Source: an uncultured Acidobacteriota bacterium
GTDB lineage: Bacteria > Acidobacteriota > Thermoanaerobaculia > Multivoradales > UBA5704
Assembly (NCBI GenBank): GCA_963770895.1
Contig: CAVYRF010000002.1
Coordinates: 5,632,001-5,696,000, forward strand
DNA: 64,000 nt
Direction: 5' to 3'
Of the stretch, positions 49,562-60,387 are shown piece by piece; position 1 is the first letter of the stretch; each line of letters opens with the position of its first letter. A model generated the notes under the pieces. The model worked only from the letters and a program-made list of their open reading frames with translations, had not been told where the DNA came from and did not search any database. A program made the position numbers and the translations under genes.

Positions 49562-50937
49562 GAGAACCCCCGGCTCCTCAGCTGCCGAGCTTTGATCGCC
49601 TCTTTGACCTGCTGGATGAAGTCCTGTGTGGGGCGGCCCTGCGGCGCAACGTGCCATTGAAGATCGTGGAACTCTTTGGGAATTCCGTTTGCCCCCTGCT
49701 CAATGTCGTCGATGGCGACGGGTAGGATGAATCGAGCCTCAGGGTCGACACCGCGATTCAGAGCCGATTTCCACTCGTTTCGATAGTGGCCTTCGTCGCG
49801 CCGGGCGGCCTCTTTCGACAGAAGCGGCAGGAACAGCGCACAGTCCGCAATGCGGCTCGGTATGGTGAGCGGCCACGCGTCACCTGTCGGCAGGCTATGT
49901 CTGTCCATCCACACTTCAACATTCTGGCTCACCAGAGCGGTGTACAGATTCTGTGCCGCCACCAGGTCCTCATTGGCATAGCTGAGGAACACCTTATTGC
50001 CTGCGGTCCGGCCGCCGCCGCTCGCCGCGCCGGGCGCAGACCCCGGTATGGGCGACGAGCCGCGCGGGCTCTCCTGCTGCCAGCGCGCGTAGAGCTCTGC
50101 GACGAAGGGCACCGGGTCGCCTGCGGGATGCGTCTCGATCCTGCACTGCCGCAAGAAGAGAGCGAGATCGAGATCGAGCTTGGCGCGGTGGTCGATCACG
50201 AATTTGGGTTCTTCCGAGGATAGAGGGCGATTGACCAGCATGCGCAGGAAACACCGTGCCAGCCCGTCGGGGAAGCCGCAACCGAGAAACAGCAAGGTGC
50301 GGTTCCGCAGCGCTTCGAACAGCGCAGGCAGCGTGCTTTCGCGCCGGTGCAGAGCATGCAGGAACTCCAGCGCGTCTTCCTCGGTGACCACATAGCCGCC
50401 CAGGCGGGAGATCCGGCCCAGGATCTGGAACACCTGGGCGTGCTCCAGGGCCCCGGGGGCACCGGAGAGGTCTTCGCGCGCCGAAGAGGTGGAGAAGCTC
50501 AACCTGCGGGTCTGCGGTTTGCCGCCGTAGCGCTCGCCGTCGATGGCGTTGGCGAGGAGCTCGTCGAAGGTGGTGCTGATGAAGAGCCGGAAGTCTGAGA
50601 TCGCGGCAAGTTGACGCAGCGGCTCGGGAACCGGCCACGTCCGTTCCTCCACCAGGCCCCGCAGGGTGGAATGCAGTTTGCGTCGAAGACCGCCTTGCTG
50701 CAGATAGGCGACCGCCACCTGGTTGAGGTCGACTGAAAACGGGAGTCCCGTGGTGTCGATGCTCAAGTCTCTCACCAGGCGCTGCGCGAGGTAGGGATCG
50801 AGGAGGGTCTGCTGTCCATCGATCGAGACGGTAAGGAGCTCCTTGCCGACGATCGGGACCACCTCACCGTCGCGGACCAGCTGCAAAAGGCCGGCCCAAT
50901 CGAAGGCTTGGCTCAGCGCCGAAGGCTCTCCGGTCAC
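49558..50937 (-). CDS. SIR2-like + TIR domain protein
   Basis: VVPIVG, ISTTFD, LLFLGCGFPD; TIR KVFLSYA.ED, VWMD, RNEW; ATGA-coupled to the STAND gene. Confidence 0.85.
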   Translation of the reverse strand: MTGEPSALSQAFDWAGLLQLVRDGEVVPIVGKELLTVSIDGQQTLLDPYLAQRLVRDLSIDTTGLPFSVDLNQVAVAYLQQGGLRRKLHSTLRGLVEERTWPVPEPLRQLAAISDFRLFISTTFDELLANAIDGERYGGKPQTRRLSFSTSSAREDLSGAPGALEHAQVFQILGRISRLGGYVVTEEDALEFLHALHRRESTLPALFEALRNRTLLFLGCGFPDGLARCFLRMLVNRPLSSEEPKFVIDHRAKLDLDLALFLRQCRIETHPAGDPVPFVAELYARWQQESPRGSSPIPGSAPGAASGGGRTAGNKVFLSYANEDLVAAQNLYTALVSQNVEVWMDRHSLPTGDAWPLTIPSRIADCALFLPLLSKEAARRDEGHYRNEWKSALNRGVDPEARFILPVAIDDIEQGANGIPKEFHDLQWHVAPQGRPTQDFIQQVKEAIKARQLRSRGFS

Positions 50938-51250
50938 GTCATCGGTCCGCTTCTCTCCGCTCGAGGTCACCGTCGAATTTTTACAGTATATTTGCAATTC
51001 TAGCAGGCTGCGGCGACCGTTGGAAGAGCGCGCGGTCCGATCGGCAGGCTCCCAGGAGCGGGCGGAGGAGGCGCGCGCCGGGGACGGATGACTCCCCTTG
51101 CGTCCACCTACCCGCGGTGTGCATGGCGGACCCAGGCAGCTCGCGGCGTCGCGGTCCAGGAGCGCCAAAGCACCCCCATCTAAAGAGGCGACTGCACAAT
51201 GGCACGGCGGATCGATGCAGTGCGGTGCGTAAGTGCATGAGTGCATGAGG

Positions 51251-51279
51251 TTGACAGAAGAAACTGAAGCAACTAACAT
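51251..51279 (+). promoter_or_regulatory. Sigma70 promoter preceded by gtgcatga tandem repeat
   Basis: TTGACA-17bp-TAACAT; gtgcatga x2 at 51233-51248. Confidence 0.6.
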
Positions 51280-51508
51280 CCGGCAGTTTACCCACACACT
51301 TCGCCGTGTTCACCACCTTCGCCCCCGGCTCAACCAGAACCCGCGCCAGCGTGTCGAAGGAAGAAGTGTGCCTGATGCTTGCGCCAGGATAGGCCATAAG
51401 GGTATGCATGTATACTTTGGTGCCCAGGGTTCGCGGCGAGGTCGGGACGGTAGTTCTTGACATCGCAATATATATAAACAAGAATTTAAACAAGGAGGTG
51501 AACAAAGG

Positions 51509-51664
51509 ATGTCCAATGCATTCAAGGCGGTCCTGCTGCTCCTGGGTTTGGCCGGGCTTTTCGCCTTTGGCCTCTCTGCCCAAACCGACACGAACGCAAA
51601 TGAGAGGGCGCATTCTCCGCACACCAGCCAGGATCCGAACGGCGGCAATGGCGGTCCCCTCTAG
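51509..51664 (+). CDS. 51-aa secreted peptide (not in ORF track)
   Basis: aaggagg and aagg upstream; MSNAFKAVLLLLGLAGLFAFGLSA|QTDTNANERAHSPHTSQDPNGGNGGPL. Confidence 0.7.
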   Translation: MSNAFKAVLLLLGLAGLFAFGLSAQTDTNANERAHSPHTSQDPNGGNGGPL

Positions 51665-51705
51665 ACTCAATAGATCTCGATCGCTGGAATTCGACTAGGC
51701 CCGAT

Positions 51706-51760
51706 GGCCCCCAAAGGCAAGTCCCCGGTCGTTGGCCGAGGATCTCCGTTGGGGGCCTTG
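51706..51760 (+). terminator. Hairpin after small peptide gene
   Basis: ggcccccaa...ttgggggcc. Confidence 0.45.
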
Positions 51761-51941
51761 TGCGTCCAATCCCGGATCCCGTCCCATCGCGCGGTCACCG
51801 GCTGGAAGGCGGATTGAGCACCGGTTGACGCACCGGTTGCGGCCGTTGGTTCATCGGCCCGGCAGGGGAGCCGGAGCCGGCCCGTAGAGCCGCGCGCGGC
51901 CTCCCCCGAGCCTCAGTTTTGTGTTACCTTGGCCGCGGCTT

Positions 51942-52892
51942 ATGCCGACCGCCGACGCCTTCGACGAACCTCTCGTCCAGCTCCGCCGCAGGATTCAAGA
52001 GCTCGAGCGCTTTCCGCAGGGGAGCGGTCAGGACAAGGAGCTGGATCGCCTGCGGGCGACGCTCAAAAAGACCACCTCAGAGGTGTATGGCGGCCTGACG
52101 CGCTGGCAGAAGCTGCAGGTGGCCCGGCATGCCGAGCGGCCGTACACGCTCGACTACGTGCGGTACCTGATGACCGATTGGGTGGAGCTGCATGGCGACC
52201 GCGCGTACAGCGACGACGCGGCGATCGTCGCCGGCCTGGCTACCTTTGCCGGGCGCAGCGTGGCGGTGATCGGCCATCAGAAGGGGCGGGACACGCGCGA
52301 GCGCATCCATCGCAACTTCGGCCAGCCGCGGCCCGACGGCTACCGCAAGGCGCTGCGCATCATGAAGCTGGCGCAAAAGTTCGGCCGCCCGGTGCTGACC
52401 TTTGTGGACACCGCCGGCGCCTACCCCGGCATCGACGCGGAAGAGCGCGGCCAGGCCGAGGCGATCGCCCGCAACCTGCTGGAGATGTCGCACCTGGAAG
52501 TGCCGATCGTGGTCACGATCACCGGCGAGGGGGGCAGCGGCGGCGCCCTGGCGCTCGGCATCGGCGACCGCGTCTACGTGCTGGAGTACGGCACCTATTC
52601 GGTGATCTCGCCCGAAGGGTGCGCCGCCATCCTGTGGAAGGATCAGGAGCGCAAGGCCGATGCGGCGGAAGCCATGCGCCTGGCGGCCCCGGACCTGCTC
52701 GACCTGGGCATCGTGGACGGCATCATCGCCGAACCGCCCGGCGGCGCGCACACCGATCCGGAGGCCACCTGCCAGCGGGTGGGTGACACCCTGGCGGCCG
52801 CTCTCGACGAGCTCGAGCAGCTGAGCGTCGACGAGCTGCTGGCACGCCGCTACGACCGCTTCCGCTCGCTCGGCGCGTTCGACCAGCGATGA
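51942..52892 (+). CDS. accA: Acetyl-CoA carboxylase carboxyltransferase alpha
   Basis: ELHGDR, GYRKA, DTAGAYPG, GEGGSGGA, SVISPEGCAAILW. Confidence 0.97.
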   Translation: MPTADAFDEPLVQLRRRIQELERFPQGSGQDKELDRLRATLKKTTSEVYGGLTRWQKLQVARHAERPYTLDYVRYLMTDWVELHGDRAYSDDAAIVAGLATFAGRSVAVIGHQKGRDTRERIHRNFGQPRPDGYRKALRIMKLAQKFGRPVLTFVDTAGAYPGIDAEERGQAEAIARNLLEMSHLEVPIVVTITGEGGSGGALALGIGDRVYVLEYGTYSVISPEGCAAILWKDQERKADAAEAMRLAAPDLLDLGIVDGIIAEPPGGAHTDPEATCQRVGDTLAAALDELEQLSVDELLARRYDRFRSLGAFDQR

Positions 52893-54685
52893 GCGCCATC
52901 GCCGGCGGCGCAGGCGGCTCTGTCGGCCTCGCCGCCAGCGATGCCGGCACCTCCACCGCCGCCGCGGGCGCTGACGGCGCCGGCGTCTCCAATGCGGCCG
53001 GGGAACGCCTGCCGGTGCGCTGGGAGCAGGCCGCGGGCTCGGCGGCGGCCGCCGACCTGGCCGGTTCGGGCTTCCCTTCGTGGATGGCGGAGCTGCTGGC
53101 GCGGCGCGGGGTTGCCGACCGCGGCGACGCGGCGCGCTTTCTGGCGCCGTCGCTCGACCAGCTGCACGATCCGCTGCGGCTTGCCGGCATGGAGCCGGCG
53201 CTGGCGCGGCTGCTGGCGGCGCGCGCCGCGGGCGAGCGCGTGGCGATCGTCGGCGACTACGACGTGGACGGGATCAGCGCCACGGCGCTGCTGGCGGCGG
53301 TGCTGGCGGCGTGCGGCATCGATGCGCGGCCGATCCTGCCGCACCGGCTGCGCGAGGGCTACGGGTTTCAGCCGCTGCACGTGGCGCGCGCCGTCGAGCT
53401 CGGCTGCCGGCTGATCGTCACCGCCGATTGCGGCAGCTCGGCCGGCGACGCGGTGGCGGCCGCCCTGGCCGCCGGCCTGGACGTGGTGATCACCGACCAT
53501 CACGTGCCGGGCGGCGCGCTGCCCGGCGCCGCGATGCAGATCAACCCGCGCCAGGAGGCGTGCTCCTATCCGTTCCGCGACCTTGCCGCGGCGGGGCTGG
53601 CCTTCAAGCTGGCGACGGCGCTGGCCGAACGTTGCGGACGGCGGATCGACCCTTTGCGCCTGCTGAGCGTCGCCTGCCTGGGGACGATCGCCGACCTGGT
53701 GCCGCTGCACGGCGAGAACCGCGTCATCGCCGCGCTCGGCCTGGGCGCCCTGGCGTCGTCGCAGTCGCACGGCCTGCGGGCGCTGATGCAGCAGGCGGGC
53801 ATGCGGCCGCCCTACACGGCGGCGGACGTCGGCTTTCGCCTGGGCCCGCGGTTGAACGCGGCCGGCCGGCTGCACGACGCCGGCGCCGCGCTGGAGCTGC
53901 TGATGAGCCGCGACCCCGATCGCGCCTCGGCGCTGGCGGTGGAGTTGGACGGCTGGAACCGCGAACGCCAGGCGCACGAGCTCAGGGTGGTGGAGGAGGC
54001 GCGGCGCCAGATCGACGCGCGGCAGCCGCTGCCGTCGATCCTGGTGGCGTGGAGCGCGGACTGGCACAAGGGGGTGGTGGGCATCGCCGCCGGCCGCATC
54101 GCCAAGGAATTGCACCGGCCGACGGTGCTGTTGACGGTGGAGGGTGCGGTGGCCAGCGGTTCGGGCCGCAGCGTGCCCGAAGTTGCGCTGCACGCCTTCC
54201 TGAGTCCGTGGCAGTCGCGCCTCCAGCGCTTCGGCGGCCACTCCCAGGCGATCGGCCTGGCGGTCGATTGCGATTGTCTCGAACAGCTGCGCGACGAATG
54301 GGAGCGGTCGGCGGCCACGGCCTGGCAGCCGGCGTGGATCGAAAAGCGCCACGTCTACGAGCTGGCCCTGCCGCCGCACGCGGTGTCGGGCGAGCTGGTC
54401 GGCGAGATCCGCCGCCTGGAACCGTTCGGCATGGCCAACCCGCAACCGCTGCTGCGCGTCGGGCCGATGCGCCTGCGCCAGGCGCCTCGCCTGTTCGGCA
54501 AGGGGCACCTGGCGGCGCAAGGCGAAGGGGAAGACGGCGGGCGGGTGGAGCTGCTCGGCTGGAACTGGGCCGAGCGCGCCGGCGACCTGGGCGGGACCTT
54601 CGAAGTGCTGGCCCACGCGGACATCGACGGCTGGCACGGCGGACCGGTGCTGCGCCTGCTGGACAGCCGGCCGGTGGTGGCGTGA
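52889..54685 (+). CDS. recJ: ssDNA exonuclease RecJ
   Basis: GDYDVDG, TDHH, GTIAD, PRLNAAGR, GSGRS, FGGH, EPFG.ANP. Confidence 0.95.
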   Translation: MSAIAGGAGGSVGLAASDAGTSTAAAGADGAGVSNAAGERLPVRWEQAAGSAAAADLAGSGFPSWMAELLARRGVADRGDAARFLAPSLDQLHDPLRLAGMEPALARLLAARAAGERVAIVGDYDVDGISATALLAAVLAACGIDARPILPHRLREGYGFQPLHVARAVELGCRLIVTADCGSSAGDAVAAALAAGLDVVITDHHVPGGALPGAAMQINPRQEACSYPFRDLAAAGLAFKLATALAERCGRRIDPLRLLSVACLGTIADLVPLHGENRVIAALGLGALASSQSHGLRALMQQAGMRPPYTAADVGFRLGPRLNAAGRLHDAGAALELLMSRDPDRASALAVELDGWNRERQAHELRVVEEARRQIDARQPLPSILVAWSADWHKGVVGIAAGRIAKELHRPTVLLTVEGAVASGSGRSVPEVALHAFLSPWQSRLQRFGGHSQAIGLAVDCDCLEQLRDEWERSAATAWQPAWIEKRHVYELALPPHAVSGELVGEIRRLEPFGMANPQPLLRVGPMRLRQAPRLFGKGHLAAQGEGEDGGRVELLGWNWAERAGDLGGTFEVLAHADIDGWHGGPVLRLLDSRPVVA

Positions 54686-54762
54686 CCGCGCCCGGCCGGT
54701 GGGGTGCTCCCTGCGACGCGGGGCAAGCATCCCGGCGATCGAACCCGTAAAATGACTCGCAT

Positions 54763-57534
54763 ATGGCCCGCCCGACCACCCGCCGAACGCTGACCCGCTT
54801 TCGGGTGCTGCTGATGCTGAGCCTGCTCGCCGCGGTGGCGATCGTCGTCGTCCTCTACATGTTCGGGCGCGCCGGCGCCAACCGCCCCCACCGCGCCAGC
54901 AGCGATGCGCCGGCGTTCGAAGAGGGGACGCGGATGATCGGCAAGGACTTCGACTACACCTTCACCCAGGGGGAGAAGTCGGTGTTCCGCGTGGTCGGCA
55001 ACAGCGTGCGGGTGGACAAGAACGATACGGTGTTCCTCGAAGACGTCTCGATCACCCTCTACGACAAGGAAGGGCGCCGCTTCGACGCCGAAAGCGACCA
55101 CGGCAGCATCAACCGCTCCACCAATGAGGGCATGCTGTGGGGCGACGTGTCGATGAAGGGGCCGTCGCAGCTGGAGATCTATTCGGCGCAGCTGCTCATC
55201 CAGCAGAAGGGGAACCTCCTGGTGACCCCGCGCGTGGCGCGCGTGCTGTATGCCGGCAAGTATTTCGGGCGTTGTGATTCGCTGCAGGCATGGCTGCCCG
55301 ACCAGATCTATTCGATGGTCGGCAACGTCCGCATTGAGACCTTCCCCGAAGTGCAGCCGCCGCTCAGGCTGGAGGCCGATCGCGCGTTCTACGAGCGCAA
55401 GAAGCGCTTGATCACCGTGCAGGACGGCGCCGAGCTGCACCGCGGCGCCGGCATCCTGGACGCCGACCACATCACCGGCCAGCTGTCCGACGACGAATCG
55501 TCGCTGACCTTCGTGCGCGCCACGACCGACGTGACCGGCGCCACCGCCGAAAACGAAACGCCCGGCGCGACGCGCCAGACGTGGGAAGGCAACGACCTGG
55601 CCGTGCTGCTGACGCCCAAGGGGAGCCTGGTGCGGCAGATCGACCTGAACGGCGTGCCCGGCAAGCCTGCCGTGCTGCATTCGATCGGCCCGGTCCTGTC
55701 GCGCACGCTGACCGCGCCGCACATCGACGGCGAGCTGGCAGAAAAGGACATCCTGCGCACGGCGCATGCCGCGGGCGGCGTCGACATCGAAGAGATCGGG
55801 CCGCCGCCGGCGCAGCCGGGCAAGGCGGGCGCGCCGGCGGCCGCCGGGCCGGCGGCAAAGGCAGCGCCGCAACCTGCAGGCAGAGCGGCCGCGGCAGGCA
55901 AGGGCACGGCGCCGGCGACAGTGGGCGGGGCCGGCGGGGCCAGGCCAGGTGCGCCGGCGGCGGCAGCCAAGGCGGGCAGCGCGGCGGCGGCGGCAAAAGG
56001 CGGTGCGGGAGCCGCCGCGGTCGCCGGCAAGGCGCCCAACGGCGCGGCGGCGGCCGGCGCCGGCCGCCGGGGCGGCGCGGCGGCGGCAAAGACGCAGCAG
56101 GCCGCGGCGCCGCAACCGGCGGTGCGCCATGCCCGCGGCGAGCGCGCCGACGCGACGTTCCGGACCGACGGCCAGATCGAGACGGTGAAGCTGACCAAGG
56201 ACGTGTCCTACAGCGACGACGAGGTCAACGCCACCGGCGACCGCGCCAACATGGACCTGGACGCCGGCCACGGCGACTTCTACGGCACGCCGGTGCACGT
56301 CGTCAGCAAGCGCGGCCAGATGCGCGCGCCGCACGTGATCTACACCTCGGCGGACGCCCTGCTGCACGCCGTCGAGGGGGTGAGGGCGCAGATCGAGCAG
56401 CAGAACGACGCCAACCTGGCCGGCTCGGTTCTGGGGGAGGGCAAGGGGCCGGTGATGGTGGAGTCGTCGGAGGCGTACTGGCGCCGCCCCGAATCGTCCT
56501 TCATCTTCCGTGGCGACGTGCGCGCCTGGCGGGGCGACAATCTGCTGCTGACCCCCGAGCTGATTGGCGACAGCCTGCCGGCCGGCAACGAGCTGACGGC
56601 CGTCACCGGCGTCAAGACCGTCTGGATCCCGGTGCAGGGCGAAAAGTCGAAATCGGGCAGCGGCGGCGGCGCCAAGAGCGGCGGCGCGGGCGGGGGAGGT
56701 GGCGGCACCGGCACCGCGCAGGCGGCCTCGACCGCCAAGGGCGCCGCTGCCGGGGCGGCCGCCAAGCCTGCCAAATCTGCCACGACGCCGGCGGCCACTG
56801 CAGCCGCCAAGCCCGCCGCCGCCAAGACGGCGATGGCGCCGGAGCGCAGCAGCGGCGGCCCGATCACCGTGCTGGCGACCAACATGTACTACCACGACTT
56901 CACCGGCCTGCTGACCTACAAGGGCAACGTCCACGTCGATCAGGACACCAAGACCCTCACCTGCCAGCAGCTCGACGTGAACCTGGACAAGGACCACAAG
57001 GCCGAAAAGATGACCTGCACCGGCGACACCCATTTCAACGACCCGGCGACCGGGCGCAAGATCGACGGCCAGACCGCCATCTACCGGGTCGAGATCCGCA
57101 AGATCGACGTGCTGGGCGAACCGGTGGTGATGCACGACCGGGACGGCAGCCTGGTGCACGGCAAGCGGCTGCGCTACTCGATCGACGACGGCAAGGTCGA
57201 GGTGCTGGGCAAGAACGACGGCCCGATGCCGGCGCCTCCGGCGACGGTCTCCTCGGCCACGGCGGTGGCCGCGGCGACCGCGGCGGGCGTGCCGGGGGAG
57301 CCCGGCCTGCCGGGTACGGCCGGCGGTGACACCACCACGGCGGGTGCGCCCGCGACTGGCGCGGCGGGTGCCCCGCCGACCGGCCCACCGGGCGAAACGG
57401 GCACGGCCACGACGGCCCCGGTTCCCCCTGGCGCGAGCGGCGGGGCGGGCAGCGGGAGCGCGACGACGACGGCGCCCTTGCCGCCGCCGGCGGGCGGGTC
57501 CCCCGCAACGGCGGGCGCAGGGGGCGTACGATGA
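54763..57534 (+). CDS. LptC/LptA-like fused LPS transport protein
   Basis: N-terminal TM, repeated beta-jellyroll-like segments, directly upstream of lptB. Confidence 0.8.
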   Translation: MARPTTRRTLTRFRVLLMLSLLAAVAIVVVLYMFGRAGANRPHRASSDAPAFEEGTRMIGKDFDYTFTQGEKSVFRVVGNSVRVDKNDTVFLEDVSITLYDKEGRRFDAESDHGSINRSTNEGMLWGDVSMKGPSQLEIYSAQLLIQQKGNLLVTPRVARVLYAGKYFGRCDSLQAWLPDQIYSMVGNVRIETFPEVQPPLRLEADRAFYERKKRLITVQDGAELHRGAGILDADHITGQLSDDESSLTFVRATTDVTGATAENETPGATRQTWEGNDLAVLLTPKGSLVRQIDLNGVPGKPAVLHSIGPVLSRTLTAPHIDGELAEKDILRTAHAAGGVDIEEIGPPPAQPGKAGAPAAAGPAAKAAPQPAGRAAAAGKGTAPATVGGAGGARPGAPAAAAKAGSAAAAAKGGAGAAAVAGKAPNGAAAAGAGRRGGAAAAKTQQAAAPQPAVRHARGERADATFRTDGQIETVKLTKDVSYSDDEVNATGDRANMDLDAGHGDFYGTPVHVVSKRGQMRAPHVIYTSADALLHAVEGVRAQIEQQNDANLAGSVLGEGKGPVMVESSEAYWRRPESSFIFRGDVRAWRGDNLLLTPELIGDSLPAGNELTAVTGVKTVWIPVQGEKSKSGSGGGAKSGGAGGGGGGTGTAQAASTAKGAAAGAAAKPAKSATTPAATAAAKPAAAKTAMAPERSSGGPITVLATNMYYHDFTGLLTYKGNVHVDQDTKTLTCQQLDVNLDKDHKAEKMTCTGDTHFNDPATGRKIDGQTAIYRVEIRKIDVLGEPVVMHDRDGSLVHGKRLRYSIDDGKVEVLGKNDGPMPAPPATVSSATAVAAATAAGVPGEPGLPGTAGGDTTTAGAPATGAAGAPPTGPPGETGTATTAPVPPGASGGAGSGSATTTAPLPPPAGGSPATAGAGGVR

Positions 57535-58265
57535 GCGAGGAGCCGCAGCGGCTCTACACCGAGAACCTGCGCAAGGTCTATCGCGGCCGGGCGGTGGTCA
57601 ACCAGGTGTCGATCGAAGTGCATCCCGGCGAGATCGTCGGCCTGCTCGGCCCCAACGGCGCGGGCAAGACGACCACCTTCTACATGGTGGTCGGGCTGAC
57701 CACCCCGGATACCGGCACCGTGTACCTGGGCGACGAGGACATCACCGACCTGCCGATGTACCTGCGCGCCCAGCGCGGCATCAGCTACCTGCCGCAGGAG
57801 CCGTCGATCTTCCGCCGCATGTCGGTCGAGGACAACCTGCGCGCCATCTTCGAGACCCTGGACCTGGCGCACGCCGAGCAGGAGCGGCGCATCGACCAGC
57901 TGGTCACCGACTTCGGTCTGACCAAGGTGCGGCGCAACCGCGGCTTCTCGCTGTCGGGCGGCGAGCGCCGGCGGGTGGAAATCGCCCGCGCCCTGGTCAT
58001 CAGCCCTTGGTATATCCTTCTGGACGAGCCCTTCGCGGGCATCGATCCGATCGCCGTGCTGGACATCCAGGGCATCATCCGGCACCTCAAATCGATGGGC
58101 ATCGGGATTCTCATCACCGACCATAACGTGCGGGAAACATTGAAAATAACCGACAGAGCCTATATCATCAACAATGGCGAGATTCTGCGCGCGGGCACGC
58201 CCCACGACCTCTCTACCGACGAGCAGGTCCGCAAGATCTACCTCGGCGAAGACTTCACCCTGTAA
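57531..58265 (+). CDS. lptB: LPS export ABC ATPase
   Basis: [43 protein letters not shown]. Confidence 0.97.
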   Translation: MSEEPQRLYTENLRKVYRGRAVVNQVSIEVHPGEIVGLLGPNGAGKTTTFYMVVGLTTPDTGTVYLGDEDITDLPMYLRAQRGISYLPQEPSIFRRMSVEDNLRAIFETLDLAHAEQERRIDQLVTDFGLTKVRRNRGFSLSGGERRRVEIARALVISPWYILLDEPFAGIDPIAVLDIQGIIRHLKSMGIGILITDHNVRETLKITDRAYIINNGEILRAGTPHDLSTDEQVRKIYLGEDFTL

Positions 58266-58280
58266 GGCTCCCCCCATCGC

Positions 58281-59801
58281 ATGGCCTTAGAGCAAAAACT
58301 CTCCCTCAAGCTGGCGCAGCGGCTGGTCATGACGCCGTCGCTCCAGCAGGCGATCAAGCTGCTGCAGATGACCCGGATGGAGCTCGACACCCTGCTGACG
58401 CAGGAGCTGGTCGAGAACCCGGTGCTCGAAGAGTCGGCCGAAGCGGCGGACAACCCGGAGACCCCCGAAGAGGAAGCCGAGGCGCCCCGCGAAGAGCGCA
58501 AGGAGGCGGCCACCACCGAGGAGCTGAACCACGGCGAATCGATGGAGAACATCGACCTGGACGCCTATTTCGGCGACTACTGGGAAGGGTCCGGCTACTC
58601 CTCGATGATGGAGGAGCGGGACGAGCTGCCGATTGAAAACAGCCTGAGCCGCGAGCCGGACCTGTACGACCACCTGCTGTGGCAGCTGCACATGGCGGAG
58701 GTGGCGCCGCGCCTGCGCGAAATCGCCGAGCTGATCATCGGCAACCTCAACCCCGACGGATTTCTGGTGGCGACCATCGAAGAGATCCGCGCCATGGGCG
58801 ACGCCGTGGCGGCCGACGCGGTGACCGGGACGCCCTCCTCCAACGGCAAGTCCGCCAACGGCTGCCCCTACGCCCAGGAAGAGGTCGCCGCGGCGCTGGA
58901 GCTGGTGCGCGGCTTCGATCCGCCGGGGATCGCCTGCCACGACCTGCGCGAAAGCTTGCAGCGCCAGATGGACGTGCTGGAGGTGCCGCCGGATGCGCTG
59001 GCGCGGCGGGTCCTGGGCGAAGCATGGGAGCTTTTCTTGCGCCGCCAGTTTCCGGCCGTCGCCAAGAAGGTGGGCGTCGAGCTGGCCGCCCTGGAAGAGG
59101 CGGTGGAGCTGATCCGCACGCTGGAAACCAACCCCGGTCGCAAGTTCAGCACCGAGCGCCCGCACTACATCGAACCGGACGTGTTCGTGCGCCGGGTCGG
59201 CGACGAATACGTGATCCAGCTCAACGACGACGGGCTGCCGCGCCTGCGCGTCAGCCGCTCCTACCGGCGCATGCTGCAGACCATGCGCACGGAAGGCCGC
59301 CAATCCGAAGCGCAGCAGTTCATCAAGGACAAGATCCGCTCGGCGGTGTGGCTGATCAAGAGTCTGGACCAGCGGCAACGCACCATCTATAAGGTCGCCT
59401 CCTCGATCGTGCGCCAGCAGCGCGAGTTCCTCGATCAGGGCATCGACCATCTGCGTCCGATGGTGCTGCGCGACGTCGCCGAAGACATCGGCATGCACGA
59501 ATCGACGGTCAGCCGCGTGGTGTCCAACAAGTACATCCACACCCAGCGCGGCCTCTTCCCGATGAAGTTCTTCTTTCACAGCGGCATCGATCGCGAGTAC
59601 GGCGACAACATCTCGTCGCTCACCGTCAAGCGCAAGATCGAGCAGATGATCCAGGCCGAAGACCCCAAGCGTCCGCTCTCCGACAGTGAGCTGATGCGCA
59701 TCCTCAACCGAGAGGGGATTCAGATCGCCCGACGGACCGTGGCCAAGTACCGTGACGAGCTCAGCATCCCCTCTTCCACCGACCGCAAGCAGGTCTTTTA
59801 G
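58281..59801 (+). CDS. rpoN: RNA polymerase sigma-54 factor
   Basis: LQQAIKLLQ, HESTVSR, RpoN box ARRTVAKYR. Confidence 0.98.
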   Translation: MALEQKLSLKLAQRLVMTPSLQQAIKLLQMTRMELDTLLTQELVENPVLEESAEAADNPETPEEEAEAPREERKEAATTEELNHGESMENIDLDAYFGDYWEGSGYSSMMEERDELPIENSLSREPDLYDHLLWQLHMAEVAPRLREIAELIIGNLNPDGFLVATIEEIRAMGDAVAADAVTGTPSSNGKSANGCPYAQEEVAAALELVRGFDPPGIACHDLRESLQRQMDVLEVPPDALARRVLGEAWELFLRRQFPAVAKKVGVELAALEEAVELIRTLETNPGRKFSTERPHYIEPDVFVRRVGDEYVIQLNDDGLPRLRVSRSYRRMLQTMRTEGRQSEAQQFIKDKIRSAVWLIKSLDQRQRTIYKVASSIVRQQREFLDQGIDHLRPMVLRDVAEDIGMHESTVSRVVSNKYIHTQRGLFPMKFFFHSGIDREYGDNISSLTVKRKIEQMIQAEDPKRPLSDSELMRILNREGIQIARRTVAKYRDELSIPSSTDRKQVF

Positions 59802-59829
59802 CGCAAGGGTCCGCCAGGAAGGGGAAAGC

Positions 59830-60387
59830 ATGCAAATCGACTACACCTGCCGCAACACCCAGCTCAGCGACGATCTCCGAGACCACATCCAACAAAAGTT
59901 GCTCAAGGTGTCCAAGTTTGTCGAAGAGCCGGTCGACGTCAAGATTCTTCTTGAGATCGAGAAGCACCGCCACATCGTCGACCTTCACATTTCGCATCGC
60001 CTGGGCATCCTGCAGGCGACGGAAGAAAACGACGGCAGCCTGCAGGACGCGCTCAACCTGGCGGTGGAGCGGGCCGAAAAGCAGGCGCGCCGCTCGCGCA
60101 AGAAGCTGGTGGACACCCGGCGGCGCGCCGATCGCATCGAGCGCGGCAACGGCCATCGCTGGCCGGTCGAAGTGCTCGACCGCGCGTCCGTCGGCGGCGG
60201 CGCGACGCCGCGCGTCGTCGAGACGACCCACCTGCCGATCAAACCGATGACGATCGAAGAGGCGGCGATGCAGCTGGAAACCGCGGAGCACGGGTTCGTG
60301 GTGTTCCGCGACGCGCACAGCGATCGCCTCAGCGTCCTGTTCCGGCGGAAGGACGAAAACTACGGTCTGATCGCCCCCGAGCCGTGA
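59830..60387 (+). CDS. hpf: Ribosome hibernation promoting factor (long form)
   Basis: RaiA fold + KPMTIEEAAMQL...F.VF...YGLI. Confidence 0.92.
   Translation: MQIDYTCRNTQLSDDLRDHIQQKLLKVSKFVEEPVDVKILLEIEKHRHIVDLHISHRLGILQATEENDGSLQDALNLAVERAEKQARRSRKKLVDTRRRADRIERGNGHRWPVEVLDRASVGGGATPRVVETTHLPIKPMTIEEAAMQLETAEHGFVVFRDAHSDRLSVLFRRKDENYGLIAPEP

Noticed and set aside
51408-51698. 96-aa ORF from the track
   Set aside because: The overlapping 51509-51664 frame has a clear signal peptide and is the more plausible gene
44761-57159. Long antisense ORFs (e.g. 44761-47529, 52850-54730, 54355-57159)
   Set aside because: High-GC shadow frames opposite priA, recJ and lptC/A
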